Below, one piece after another: positions 49,719 through 58,703 of a stretch of DNA of 64,000 bases; positions within the stretch are counted from its first letter, which is position 1; each line of letters starts with the position of its first letter. Under the pieces are notes generated by a model. That model saw nothing but the letters and a program-made list of their open reading frames with translations, did not search any database and was not told the origin of the DNA. The stretch is taken from positions 5,325 to 69,324 of the forward strand of contig CACNCN010000002.1 in the NCBI GenBank assembly GCA_902618975.1. The letters are read 5' to 3'. The translations under genes were made by a program, and so were the position numbers. Origin of the DNA: an uncultured Pelagibacteraceae bacterium (lineage in GTDB: Bacteria; Pseudomonadota; Alphaproteobacteria; Pelagibacterales; Pelagibacteraceae).

Positions 49719-50567
49719 ATGGAGATAGTAACTAAAATTGCTCCAATTGCATTAGCTTTAATTATGCTTGGTCTAGGTTTGGGCCTCACATTTTCGGATT
49801 TTACTAGAATTTTAAAAGACCCAAAAGTTTTTTTTGTAGGAATAGTTTCACAAATATTATTATTACCAGTTGTTGCATATACCTTAATAACTTTAATTAA
49901 TGTCCCAATTGAAATTGCTTTAGGCGTTATGATTATAGCGTCAGCACCCGGAGGCGTTACGTCCAACGTAATGACTAAATTTGCAAATGGTGATGTTGCA
50001 TTATCTATTTCTTTAACTGCGATATGTAGCTTAATAAGTATTATCTCAGTTCCAATTATTATTTTTAATTCAGCACTTTATTTAGGGATTTCAAATTTAA
50101 CAGAAAATATTACTGTAACAAGCATTGCAATTAAAATGGCAATAATTGTGACAATACCAGTTTTGATAGGTATGGTTATTAGAAATTTTGCTGAAAATTT
50201 TATTTTTAAAAATTTAAAGTTAATCGAAAAATTAACTGGTATATTATTTTTAATAGTTTTTACAGCAATTTGGATAGAGGAAAGAGGAAATATTGCAAAT
50301 TATATTAAACAAGCTGGAACTATAGTTATATTACTAAATGTATCAATGATGTTTATAGCATACATAATAGCAAAATTTTTTACTTCTAATATTCAACAAA
50401 GAAAAACTATTGCATTAGAATGTGGATTGCAAAATGGAACACTAGCAGTATTTGTTGCAACTCAATTGTTTAGCGATATTAGTTATATAGTACCCACAGC
50501 TGCTTACGCGCTAATAATGTACATAACTGCATTTATTTTTATCTTTATCGTACGAAAATTTAATTAA
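49719..50567 (+). CDS. Bile acid:sodium symporter-family transporter
   Basis: M.GLG..L, PGGVTSN, G.VALS, ECGLQN motifs. Confidence 0.9.
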   Translation: MEIVTKIAPIALALIMLGLGLGLTFSDFTRILKDPKVFFVGIVSQILLLPVVAYTLITLINVPIEIALGVMIIASAPGGVTSNVMTKFANGDVALSISLTAICSLISIISVPIIIFNSALYLGISNLTENITVTSIAIKMAIIVTIPVLIGMVIRNFAENFIFKNLKLIEKLTGILFLIVFTAIWIEERGNIANYIKQAGTIVILLNVSMMFIAYIIAKFFTSNIQQRKTIALECGLQNGTLAVFVATQLFSDISYIVPTAAYALIMYITAFIFIFIVRKFN

Positions 50568-51522
50568 TATTAATTTGATTAAAAGTTCTTGAAATAAAAT
50601 CACTTAAATCATTTATTGTCTGGTTTTGAAGTTTTGATGTTTCATTGAAAGATTTTTCATTAAATTTTACGAACAGAAGTTTGTTTTTGTCAATTTCAAT
50701 CATATTCATTTTAATTAAAATCTTTATTTTTCTTATTACTGTTGGTCTGGGTATTCCTGTGATATCAGAAATTGACATAGCATTTATTCCCCTTTCATTA
50801 CTTTGCAAAATTTCTTTTCTCCATTTATCAATATAAGACTCTATACCTTTAAGTTTTACGGTTGCTGTAGTAACAGAGTTAAATGCTATAGTTATACCAA
50901 TTAACATTAATTCTAGATCTTTAAAATATTTTCTCCATCTATAACAATATGAAAAAATAAATTTAAAAAATTGATACCAACAAAATGAAAAATTACTTTT
51001 TAGTAAAACTGATATTTCTAATCTATTTAATGATTTTTTTAACAATTCCTCTCTCGCGAGTATCTCTGAAAATTCACTTATTAAATTAGACAAATTTTTT
51101 AAGGTGGTAACAGGTTCTTGAAATTTATATGCAGTTCTATCTAAAAAAATTTTTTTACCTTTTTTTTTTATTATTCCATTTCTCTCTAATTGAGAAATTT
51201 TTCTTCTAACACTCTCTTTGGGGATATTGAGATCTTTTGATATTTCAATTAGATTTGTCTTGCTAATTTCTAAAGTCTTATCTTTATAAAATTCATCGTA
51301 CGTTATAATTATATTATTTCTTCTAAAAAATTTGAAGTCTGTATTAATTAAATAAATTAATATTAAGAATTTATCTATATCCTTAAATTGCTTGTAGGCT
51401 CCAGACATCCATTCCGTAATAAGTTTATAAAAGTATGGACTTATAGAATTGAAGTTCTTTAATGTAATCTTATTAATTAAATCTTGATCAATCTCATTGC
51501 TTACACTAGGTAATTTTTCCAT
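50560..51522 (-). CDS. Internally duplicated protein with two winged-HTH motifs (putative regulator)
   Basis: EISKDLNIPKESVRRKI..L...G.I and SISDITGIPRPTVIRKI..L; two similar 'FKD' segments. Confidence 0.7.
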   Translation of the reverse strand: MEKLPSVSNEIDQDLINKITLKNFNSISPYFYKLITEWMSGAYKQFKDIDKFLILIYLINTDFKFFRRNNIIITYDEFYKDKTLEISKTNLIEISKDLNIPKESVRRKISQLERNGIIKKKGKKIFLDRTAYKFQEPVTTLKNLSNLISEFSEILAREELLKKSLNRLEISVLLKSNFSFCWYQFFKFIFSYCYRWRKYFKDLELMLIGITIAFNSVTTATVKLKGIESYIDKWRKEILQSNERGINAMSISDITGIPRPTVIRKIKILIKMNMIEIDKNKLLFVKFNEKSFNETSKLQNQTINDLSDFISRTFNQININ

Positions 51523-51529
51523 AATTAAA

Positions 51530-51577
51530 AACCCAAATTGAACATATTAAAAAAAAAAATCAACCCAAATTGAACAT
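51530..51577. repeat. Perfect 16-bp direct repeat (putative operator)
   Basis: aacccaaattgaacat at 51530-51545 and 51562-51577, period 32 bp. Confidence 0.85.
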
Positions 51578-51618
51578 TTGTCTCATGGAATTTAAATCGA
51601 AAAATGATTTAATTAATT

Positions 51619-51825
51619 ATGAGTTCTGAAAATGTAAATAAATCATCTATAGTTACTGTAAATAATGTTGCTAAAAGAACAGTTTCGACCTCAAATAGAG
51701 TGAATATAGATATTTTAAAAAATAGAATTTACAAACAAGAAAGAAAAGAAAAGTTTCAAACAAAAATTATACTTTTAGCTTTTTGTGGAATACTTTGTTT
51801 TCTAGGATATGTAATAAGTTTATAA
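51619..51825 (+). CDS. Small tail-anchored membrane protein
   Basis: RVNIDIL.NR...ERKEK followed by C-terminal TM; similar to 63683-63886. Confidence 0.65.
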   Translation: MSSENVNKSSIVTVNNVAKRTVSTSNRVNIDILKNRIYKQERKEKFQTKIILLAFCGILCFLGYVISL

Positions 51826-51829
51826 AATT

Positions 51830-52921
51830 CTATTTTTTTTCCATTTTCCAAAGACCATTAGAAGATAAAAAAAATAATTTTCCTGTATCGGGTTGAATTT
51901 GAATATCTCGAATTCTTCCTATTTTATTTTTAAAAATAACTTCTTCTCCCACATCTTTTTCAGATTTATCTTTAAAATCTAATTTTCTTAGAGACATATC
52001 TTTAAGAGAAGTTACTAATGCATGATTGTCCCATTCTTTAAATTCCTTTCCTTTATAAATAGTAATTGCACTTACAGCTATTGAAGGAACCCAATATTTT
52101 ATAGCTTTTGTAAAACCTGGTTTCCATTTAGGGCCTATTTTTGTACCTGTATAATTTGTTCCTCCCCAACCTAAAATCTTCCATCCATAATTTTCACCTT
52201 TTTTTACTTCGCCAAACCAATCACCTCCTTTTGCACCATGATTACTAATATAAATTTTATTATCAAAAGATGATATAGACATTCCTTGAGGGTTTCTTAC
52301 TCCGATTTGATATATTTCTGGCAACCAATCTTTTTTATTTAAAAAATGAGGATTATCATCAGGAATACTTCCGTCTGTGTAAATTCTTATTATACTACCA
52401 GGATGTTTTTTAGTATCTTGCGCAATCATTCCCTCACCTCTCTCACCAACTGAGGCAAATAAATAATTTTCATAAATTCCTAATCTTGATCCGAAATGAT
52501 ATCCAGAATTTATTGGTGGCTCAGCCCTGAAAATGTTATCAAACTCAATATAATTTCCTTTTAACTGCCCCCTTGCGATTGAGGTACTTGATTTACCTTG
52601 TTTTCTATTTTCAGAATAAGAAACATAAAAAATATCTTTGTGGTAAATAATGTCAAGAAGCCCACCTTGACCATCAACAAGAATATCCAAATTATGATTT
52701 ATATTTTCTACTTTATTACTTTTTAAATTTAATAATTTAATATTGCCACTTTTTTCTGTTATAACTATTTCATTTAAATTAATAAAACTTGATCCCCATG
52801 GTGACTCTAATTCAATTATTCTTTTTAAATTAATCTCTGTTGCATAACTAACTTTAAAGCAGAATAATATAATTATAATTAAAAAGAATTTAAGACTATT
52901 TAAGTAAATTTTGTAACTCAT
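51830..52921 (-). CDS. PQQ-dependent sugar dehydrogenase (GSDH/YliI family)
   Basis: PW, GQGGLLD, HFGSR, GVRNPQG, HGAKGGD, NYGW, GRIRD. Confidence 0.9.
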   Translation of the reverse strand: MSYKIYLNSLKFFLIIIILFCFKVSYATEINLKRIIELESPWGSSFINLNEIVITEKSGNIKLLNLKSNKVENINHNLDILVDGQGGLLDIIYHKDIFYVSYSENRKQGKSSTSIARGQLKGNYIEFDNIFRAEPPINSGYHFGSRLGIYENYLFASVGERGEGMIAQDTKKHPGSIIRIYTDGSIPDDNPHFLNKKDWLPEIYQIGVRNPQGMSISSFDNKIYISNHGAKGGDWFGEVKKGENYGWKILGWGGTNYTGTKIGPKWKPGFTKAIKYWVPSIAVSAITIYKGKEFKEWDNHALVTSLKDMSLRKLDFKDKSEKDVGEEVIFKNKIGRIRDIQIQPDTGKLFFLSSNGLWKMEKK

Positions 52922-53900
52922 CGTAAATTTTTTTAGGTAAATTGATATCTTTCTTTTTATTTTTCTTATATCTTTGATATTTGCTCTGTCCAGGATACAT
53001 AATTTCTCTAACCCCTTTTATCTTAGGTAATTTTTTTACTTTTTTAATATTATTTAATATTCTTTTTGAAAAATCTTTAACAAAAAGGTTAGCTTTAAAA
53101 GTAATAAACAAATGGCCTATATTTTGAGGTCCTGTAAAATCATCAAAAGGATCTTTTACACTCCCTCCGTGAGCACTGCCAGTTAATACACCGCTTAATA
53201 TATCTACCATCCATGCTAAACCTGAACCTTTAAAATCTGATATTGGTAACTGAACTCCTTTTAATGCTTTTTTAGGATCAGTTGTAATTTTCCCGAACTT
53301 ATCTAGAGCAACTCCATATGGAATTTTTTTTCCAAGTTTTGCGGCAATTCTTATTTTGCCTCTATTTATTTTCGACATTGAAGAGTCAAATATAAAAGCC
53401 GGTTTATTTTTTATTGGAGCACCAAATGCTATCGGATTTGTACCAAATAAGCTTTTCTTAGCTCCGTAAGGAGCAATTGCTGGTGGTGCATTTGTAAAAC
53501 AAAAACTTATAAGATTTGATTTGACAGCTTTATCTATGTAATAACTTGATAATCCATAGTGGCCACTATTTTTTACTGCTACTAGACTAATCCCATATTT
53601 TTTTGCTTTTGCAATAGATTGTTTAATTCCAGCATATGCCCCAATAAATCCTATGTTATTATTTGAATCAATTAAGGAAATATTATTACTAATATTTTTT
53701 ATTTTTATTTTACCTTTAGGATCAATTAGTTTCTTTTTAATTCTATTACAATACATACTTAATCTTGATACACCATGAGATGAAGCATTTACAAATTCGG
53801 CATAAATCAAAATTTCAGCAATTAATTTAGCGTTGTAATTATTAAAGCCGTATTTTTTTAAAATTTTAATAATAATTTTTTTAAGTTTTATAGTTTTCAT
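52896..53900 (-). CDS. Ldh_2-family oxidoreductase (malate/L-lactate/sulfolactate dehydrogenase-like)
   Basis: SHG..R, NSGHYG, GTNPIA, D.S, KGSGL, PG motifs. Confidence 0.85.
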   Translation of the reverse strand: MKTIKLKKIIIKILKKYGFNNYNAKLIAEILIYAEFVNASSHGVSRLSMYCNRIKKKLIDPKGKIKIKNISNNISLIDSNNNIGFIGAYAGIKQSIAKAKKYGISLVAVKNSGHYGLSSYYIDKAVKSNLISFCFTNAPPAIAPYGAKKSLFGTNPIAFGAPIKNKPAFIFDSSMSKINRGKIRIAAKLGKKIPYGVALDKFGKITTDPKKALKGVQLPISDFKGSGLAWMVDILSGVLTGSAHGGSVKDPFDDFTGPQNIGHLFITFKANLFVKDFSKRILNNIKKVKKLPKIKGVREIMYPGQSKYQRYKKNKKKDINLPKKIYDELQNLLK

Positions 53901-54742
53901 TTATACCCTAATTCTTGCATCTCTATCTTGAAATTATCTTCGAGTATTTTTTTTATATTTGAATTCAATAAAACATTAAAATCATTCTTCTGACCTAAGT
54001 GAAAAAAATTTTTTTTTTTTTTATTTTTATCGATTACACTTTCAAAAAAATTACCATTCTGCTCTTGAGCCCTAAGGTTTTCAAATTTATTAGTATCTAT
54101 TGCAAATTGTAATTTTTGGCTATCAATTTTAATTTCAAGTAAATTCTCTAAATATTTTGAGATCTTACTAAATTCTTCTAGTGGTTTATTAACTAAATTT
54201 TCGTATTTAATAAGTAAATATTTTTTATTAAATTTTTTCCACGAATTAAAATGATTTTTCCATGAACTAATTAAAGTCGGGATAGCCGTATCTTTTTCTT
54301 TATCTGCGTTTTTAAATCCTGTCCAATTATTTTCGCTTAATATGAAATCTTTAGCATCTTCTATGGTATTTAAGTGAAAATGATTTTTAATTGAGGTTAC
54401 AATATTTCTTGGATCTCTAACAATATGTATTACTCCTCCAGTATTATTTACATCAGTGAAATTAAAATTATCAATCCTACAGTTTAAATGATGTGTTTTA
54501 AAAAATTTAATTTTATTATCTAGATTTAGAATACTTTGAGCTTCTAACCATTTTTTTTTTAATTCGTGAATATTACTCAGATCATTTACAATTTCTTTAA
54601 AATGACTTTTCATTGGAAATTGGGGTATCTTTTCTAAATCTTTTAAATTTGAACTTCCATCCTTAGAATATAAAAGAGAAATAATAAAAGATCTAACCCA
54701 TGTATTTCCACTTTTTGGATAAGACGCTAGCCAAATTATCAT
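53897..54742 (-). CDS. Sulfotransferase domain protein
   Basis: WLASYPKSGNTW (5'-PSB), KTH, VRDPR (3'-PB), KYE. Confidence 0.88.
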   Translation of the reverse strand: MIIWLASYPKSGNTWVRSFIISLLYSKDGSSNLKDLEKIPQFPMKSHFKEIVNDLSNIHELKKKWLEAQSILNLDNKIKFFKTHHLNCRIDNFNFTDVNNTGGVIHIVRDPRNIVTSIKNHFHLNTIEDAKDFILSENNWTGFKNADKEKDTAIPTLISSWKNHFNSWKKFNKKYLLIKYENLVNKPLEEFSKISKYLENLLEIKIDSQKLQFAIDTNKFENLRAQEQNGNFFESVIDKNKKKKNFFHLGQKNDFNVLLNSNIKKILEDNFKIEMQELGYK

Positions 54743-54752
54743 CTATTATAAA

Positions 54753-56678
54753 CTATCCTTTACCTCTCCATGGAATTGTCTTGTCAATAATTTTTCTTAA
54801 AGTTACGTCAAACAAAAGACCCAACATTCCCATTATGAAGATAGTTATCCATATAACCTCGTACTGAAAATATTTTTTAGCTACATTTTCAACAAAACCA
54901 ATACCTGTTGTGCCTGCTAAAAATTCTGCTGCCACTAAAGTACCCCAACACATTCCAACAGCGACCCTTATACCAGTTAAAATTTCAGGTAATGAATTTG
55001 GAAATATTACATATCTTAGAATTTGTTTTTTAGATGCTCCAAGAGAATGTGCTGCATGAATTTTTGAAAGCTGTGTTCCAGAAGCACCAGCTCTAGCAGA
55101 AATAATCATTATAGACAATGAAACCATGAAAAGTAAAAAAACTTTACCAGTATTATCAATTCCAAGAACTGAAATTATAAGTGGTGCCCAAGCCAAAGGT
55201 GGTACTGGTCTATAAAGTTCAATCAAAGGATCAAAAAAACCTTTTGCAAATCTATTTAGCCCCATAAATAATCCTAATGGAACTCCTATCAATATCCCAA
55301 AAACCAAGCCTAAAAAAACTCTCATAAATGAATCCCAAATATGTCCGTAAGGTACTGGTATTTTAAATAACTTAAAATCTCCTGTAACAATTTTTAACAC
55401 ATGGCCTTTTAAGTTTTGTTTCACTATGCCATCTTTAGTATGTACTGGATATTCACCTGGTAAAATATCTGCTATCCAATCTGGCAATATAAAACCGATA
55501 ATTTTACTTACATCCATCATGTCAATCCAAAGAAGAGGAATATTTTTGTAACCTACACTAGGCTTTGACATTAAAATAAATTTATTAAATGTATCAGATG
55601 GTTTTGGCAACCATCTTCCAGATCCTTGTTCTGAACAGCTGGGACCACTAGCCACGATTGTTCCCGCAGGGAATAATAAAATATCTATTAACCTTAATCC
55701 ACCTTGTTCATTTTTTTGCAAATTGTCAAATTCAACAATTGCATTTTGCATTTCATCTAATGCATTAGGTGGATAAATACTTGCGAATTCTATTCTTCTG
55801 GCTATTTTTACAATATTTTTTGCATAGTTAGATGCCAATTCCTCAGTCTCATTTAAACTTTTTCTATATTCTTTTATTTCTTGTTTTAAATTTTGTATGG
55901 AATTTTTAAATTGTGGATTATGATTTTTTAGTTTGAAGAATTTGTCGTTAATGATTTTTAGTTCTTTTGAAGCAGCATCAAATTTTAAACCTCTTTTTGT
56001 AGCTGGGGTTAATGGTACCTCAAGAGTATTTTCTATTGAGCCTGTCCCTGATTGCACAGTTGTAATACCCCATCCACCTTCCTCAGCAATTGCTTTTTGT
56101 CTTTCGTTTTTTTGAATTTCAGTTTCAAAAGGGTAATCAGCCTTTTGAAAATTAGAACTTAATAACCTAAGTTCATCAGTTAACTCTTTGATTTTAATTT
56201 TTGTATCCATTTCCATTAAAGCAACATTTGTAAGCAAAGGTATTAATCGGTTAGTTTTATTTACAAAGCCTAACAAAACCGATTTATCTTGATCATTTAA
56301 ATTTTCAGAATTTTCAATTTCAATTGAAATTTTTTTTAAATTTTTATTTTCAATTTTTATAACGGAGGTACTTTTAAATTCTCTTTCTTCAATTGGAAAC
56401 TGGTATTTTAACCCTAATAAAGATTCATTAATTTTTGCAACCTGACATAATTCATTTGCTGATTTTGGATAAAATCCTTTCGCAATATCCCATGAATAAT
56501 AAAGCCATACTAGTAAAATTGCACTACTACCTACAATGATCCAATGTGTACCTCCTTTAGCTCTTTCTGGATTTCCAAAAACTGCATCTACTTTTTCAGT
56601 TCTTATCAATCTTCTACCGTAGAGTATGCACCCGACTATTGATACAAGAATTAATATTGTTACAATTTGCGTAAACAT
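54753..56678 (-). CDS. tauC: Taurine-type ABC permease with large N-terminal extension
   Basis: C-terminal RPVPPLAW...LVAAE TauC/SsuC domain; downstream of tauB. Confidence 0.8.
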   Translation of the reverse strand: MFTQIVTILILVSIVGCILYGRRLIRTEKVDAVFGNPERAKGGTHWIIVGSSAILLVWLYYSWDIAKGFYPKSANELCQVAKINESLLGLKYQFPIEEREFKSTSVIKIENKNLKKISIEIENSENLNDQDKSVLLGFVNKTNRLIPLLTNVALMEMDTKIKIKELTDELRLLSSNFQKADYPFETEIQKNERQKAIAEEGGWGITTVQSGTGSIENTLEVPLTPATKRGLKFDAASKELKIINDKFFKLKNHNPQFKNSIQNLKQEIKEYRKSLNETEELASNYAKNIVKIARRIEFASIYPPNALDEMQNAIVEFDNLQKNEQGGLRLIDILLFPAGTIVASGPSCSEQGSGRWLPKPSDTFNKFILMSKPSVGYKNIPLLWIDMMDVSKIIGFILPDWIADILPGEYPVHTKDGIVKQNLKGHVLKIVTGDFKLFKIPVPYGHIWDSFMRVFLGLVFGILIGVPLGLFMGLNRFAKGFFDPLIELYRPVPPLAWAPLIISVLGIDNTGKVFLLFMVSLSIMIISARAGASGTQLSKIHAAHSLGASKKQILRYVIFPNSLPEILTGIRVAVGMCWGTLVAAEFLAGTTGIGFVENVAKKYFQYEVIWITIFIMGMLGLLFDVTLRKIIDKTIPWRGKG

Positions 56679-57476
56679 TTAATTATCTTTTCCCATAATT
56701 TCTTCTTCCATATTCCAAATCATGGATAAGATTTCTTCTCTTTTTGAAGAAAATTCCTTGTTTTTTTTTATCTCTCTTAAATCCTCTTTTAAACCCATTT
56801 CTGCAAAGGGAAGGTTATATTCTTTGTGAATTCTACCTGGTCTTGGAGCCATAACATATAATCTCTCGCCGAGTAACAACGCTTCTTCAACAGAGTGTGT
56901 AATCAAAATAATTGTCTTTCCAGTTTCTTTCCAAATTTTCAGCACTAATGATTGCATTTTTTCTCTTGTTAAAGCATCAAGCGCGCCAAGTGGCTCATCC
57001 ATAAGAATTAAATCTGGATCATTAATTAAACATCTAGCCAAAGCAACTCTTTGCTGCATACCACCAGATAATTGATATGTTGGTGTATTACCAAAACCTT
57101 TTAATCCAACTATTTCTAGCCATTCTTCAACTTTTTTTTGTGTATCTTCGGGATTAACTTTTTTCATCCTTAATCCAAAATTTACATTTTCAGCAACTGT
57201 TAACCACTCAAATAAAGCACCTTGCTGGAATACCATACCTCTATCAACACCTGGGCCATTAATCTCATTACTACCTAAAGTTATTTTGCCTGATGTTGGT
57301 CTTATAAAACCAGCTGCAATATTTAATAATGTTGTTTTTCCACACCCCGAAGGACCCAACACAGTTAATAGTTCACCTTTTTTAATAGTGAAATTTAAAT
57401 CTTTTAATGCATGAACAGTTTCTCCTTTTGGAGATTTAAAAATCATATTAAGATTTTGAGAAACTAAATCACTCAT
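56679..57476 (-). CDS. tauB: Taurine ABC transporter ATPase
   Basis: GPSGCGKT, LSGGMQQR, DEPLGALDALTRE, ITHSVEEA. Confidence 0.88.
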   Translation of the reverse strand: MSDLVSQNLNMIFKSPKGETVHALKDLNFTIKKGELLTVLGPSGCGKTTLLNIAAGFIRPTSGKITLGSNEINGPGVDRGMVFQQGALFEWLTVAENVNFGLRMKKVNPEDTQKKVEEWLEIVGLKGFGNTPTYQLSGGMQQRVALARCLINDPDLILMDEPLGALDALTREKMQSLVLKIWKETGKTIILITHSVEEALLLGERLYVMAPRPGRIHKEYNLPFAEMGLKEDLREIKKNKEFSSKREEILSMIWNMEEEIMGKDN

Positions 57477-57498
57477 ATCGTTACATTATATTAAAAAA

Positions 57499-57539
57499 AT
57501 AAAAAAAATAGGCACCAATTAGCTAATTGGCGCCTATTT
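57499..57539 (-). terminator. Intrinsic terminator-like hairpin between tauA and tauB
   Basis: 15-bp stem aaataggcgccaatt/aattggtgcctattt (one G-U pair on the minus-strand RNA) followed by a U-run. Confidence 0.75.
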
Positions 57540-57560
57540 AATTTTTCTACTACCTTTTGA

Positions 57561-58502
57561 TTATAAAGGTAAGAAACTTGTGTCAACATTTCCAGATGGT
57601 GTTCCCATTCCTTTTAAGAATGCATCTAGATTTCCACTCTCCATTGATTTTTTAGTTTCTTCAGGAGTTAGAAATTTGAAACCACTTAAAGTTTCCTTCA
57701 TATCCGCAACTGCCATTTCAGATGCTTTTGACATAGAGTTCATATCACTTTTCCCTGCTCTATATCTGTCGTTAGCCTCATGAGTTACTTCAATAAATGT
57801 TCTAAGCATTCCTGGGTTTTCCTTCATAAATTTATCAGTAACTGAAGTGATATCTATACCTAAAATTCCTGCAGCTCTTGCCTCATCAACTGAAAGAAGT
57901 CTTGATCCCACAGCAGTTGCAGCTTTAATTGAATTTCCACCAAACAAACATGCCATTACAACATCACCACTTACTAATGCAGCGGCACCTTCTTCAGGAT
58001 CCATTTGTATAATATCCATTTTATTTCTGTCAGCTCCAACAACTTTCATACTTTCGTCAAAAACGTATTCAGCCATTGTTCCTAGTGGTACAGCAACTTT
58101 TTTACCCTCTAATTCTGTGGCATTAGCTTTTGTAATACCCGATGCGTTAGAAGTTACACAGGTTGTTCCACCCATTCCATATTCCATAGCTATATCAACA
58201 AGTTTAATTGGTGCTTTAGATTTAACTGCGTTTATGAACGGCACTAAACCTTGTGAATAAGAAATATCAATATCACCAGCTAACATTGCATCTGTCATTG
58301 CTCCACCATTTGTGAAGTTAGTCCACTTTACTGGTACACCCAAAGCTTTTGCAAAATTTTTCTTTTGCATATCCTCTAGGTTTGGACTTGGCCACTCTAA
58401 AAAGTAAGCAACTCTAACTTCATTAGCAGCTGAATTTGCAACTGAAATTGACATAGTCAAAGCAACTAAACTTCCTAAAATAAAACTAATTATTTTTTTC
58501 AT
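57561..58502 (-). CDS. tauA: Taurine ABC substrate-binding protein
   Basis: Signal peptide; RVAYFLEWPSPN, SQGLVPF, GKKVAVPLGT; context with tauB/tauC, aminotransferase and ald. Confidence 0.82.
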   Translation of the reverse strand: MKKIISFILGSLVALTMSISVANSAANEVRVAYFLEWPSPNLEDMQKKNFAKALGVPVKWTNFTNGGAMTDAMLAGDIDISYSQGLVPFINAVKSKAPIKLVDIAMEYGMGGTTCVTSNASGITKANATELEGKKVAVPLGTMAEYVFDESMKVVGADRNKMDIIQMDPEEGAAALVSGDVVMACLFGGNSIKAATAVGSRLLSVDEARAAGILGIDITSVTDKFMKENPGMLRTFIEVTHEANDRYRAGKSDMNSMSKASEMAVADMKETLSGFKFLTPEETKKSMESGNLDAFLKGMGTPSGNVDTSFLPL

Positions 58503-58703
58503 ATTGTCTCCGTTAATTAAATTTAATTACCTCATTTAAATTCATAATTTGATACATGTAAATGATGAATTAACGAGACCAGATATCCCTAATAAAGATT
58601 ACACGTTTTAGTTGTGTTACTATTACACACTGATTTAATTAAAATTATCTAGTCTAATCAAATATTTTAGTCTAAAAATTTATTAATTAACTTTATAAAA
58701 AAT

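Noticed and set aside
51530-51577. Direct repeat as a CRISPR remnant or attachment site
   Set aside because: Only two 16-bp copies with a 16-bp A-rich spacer; no cas or integrase genes
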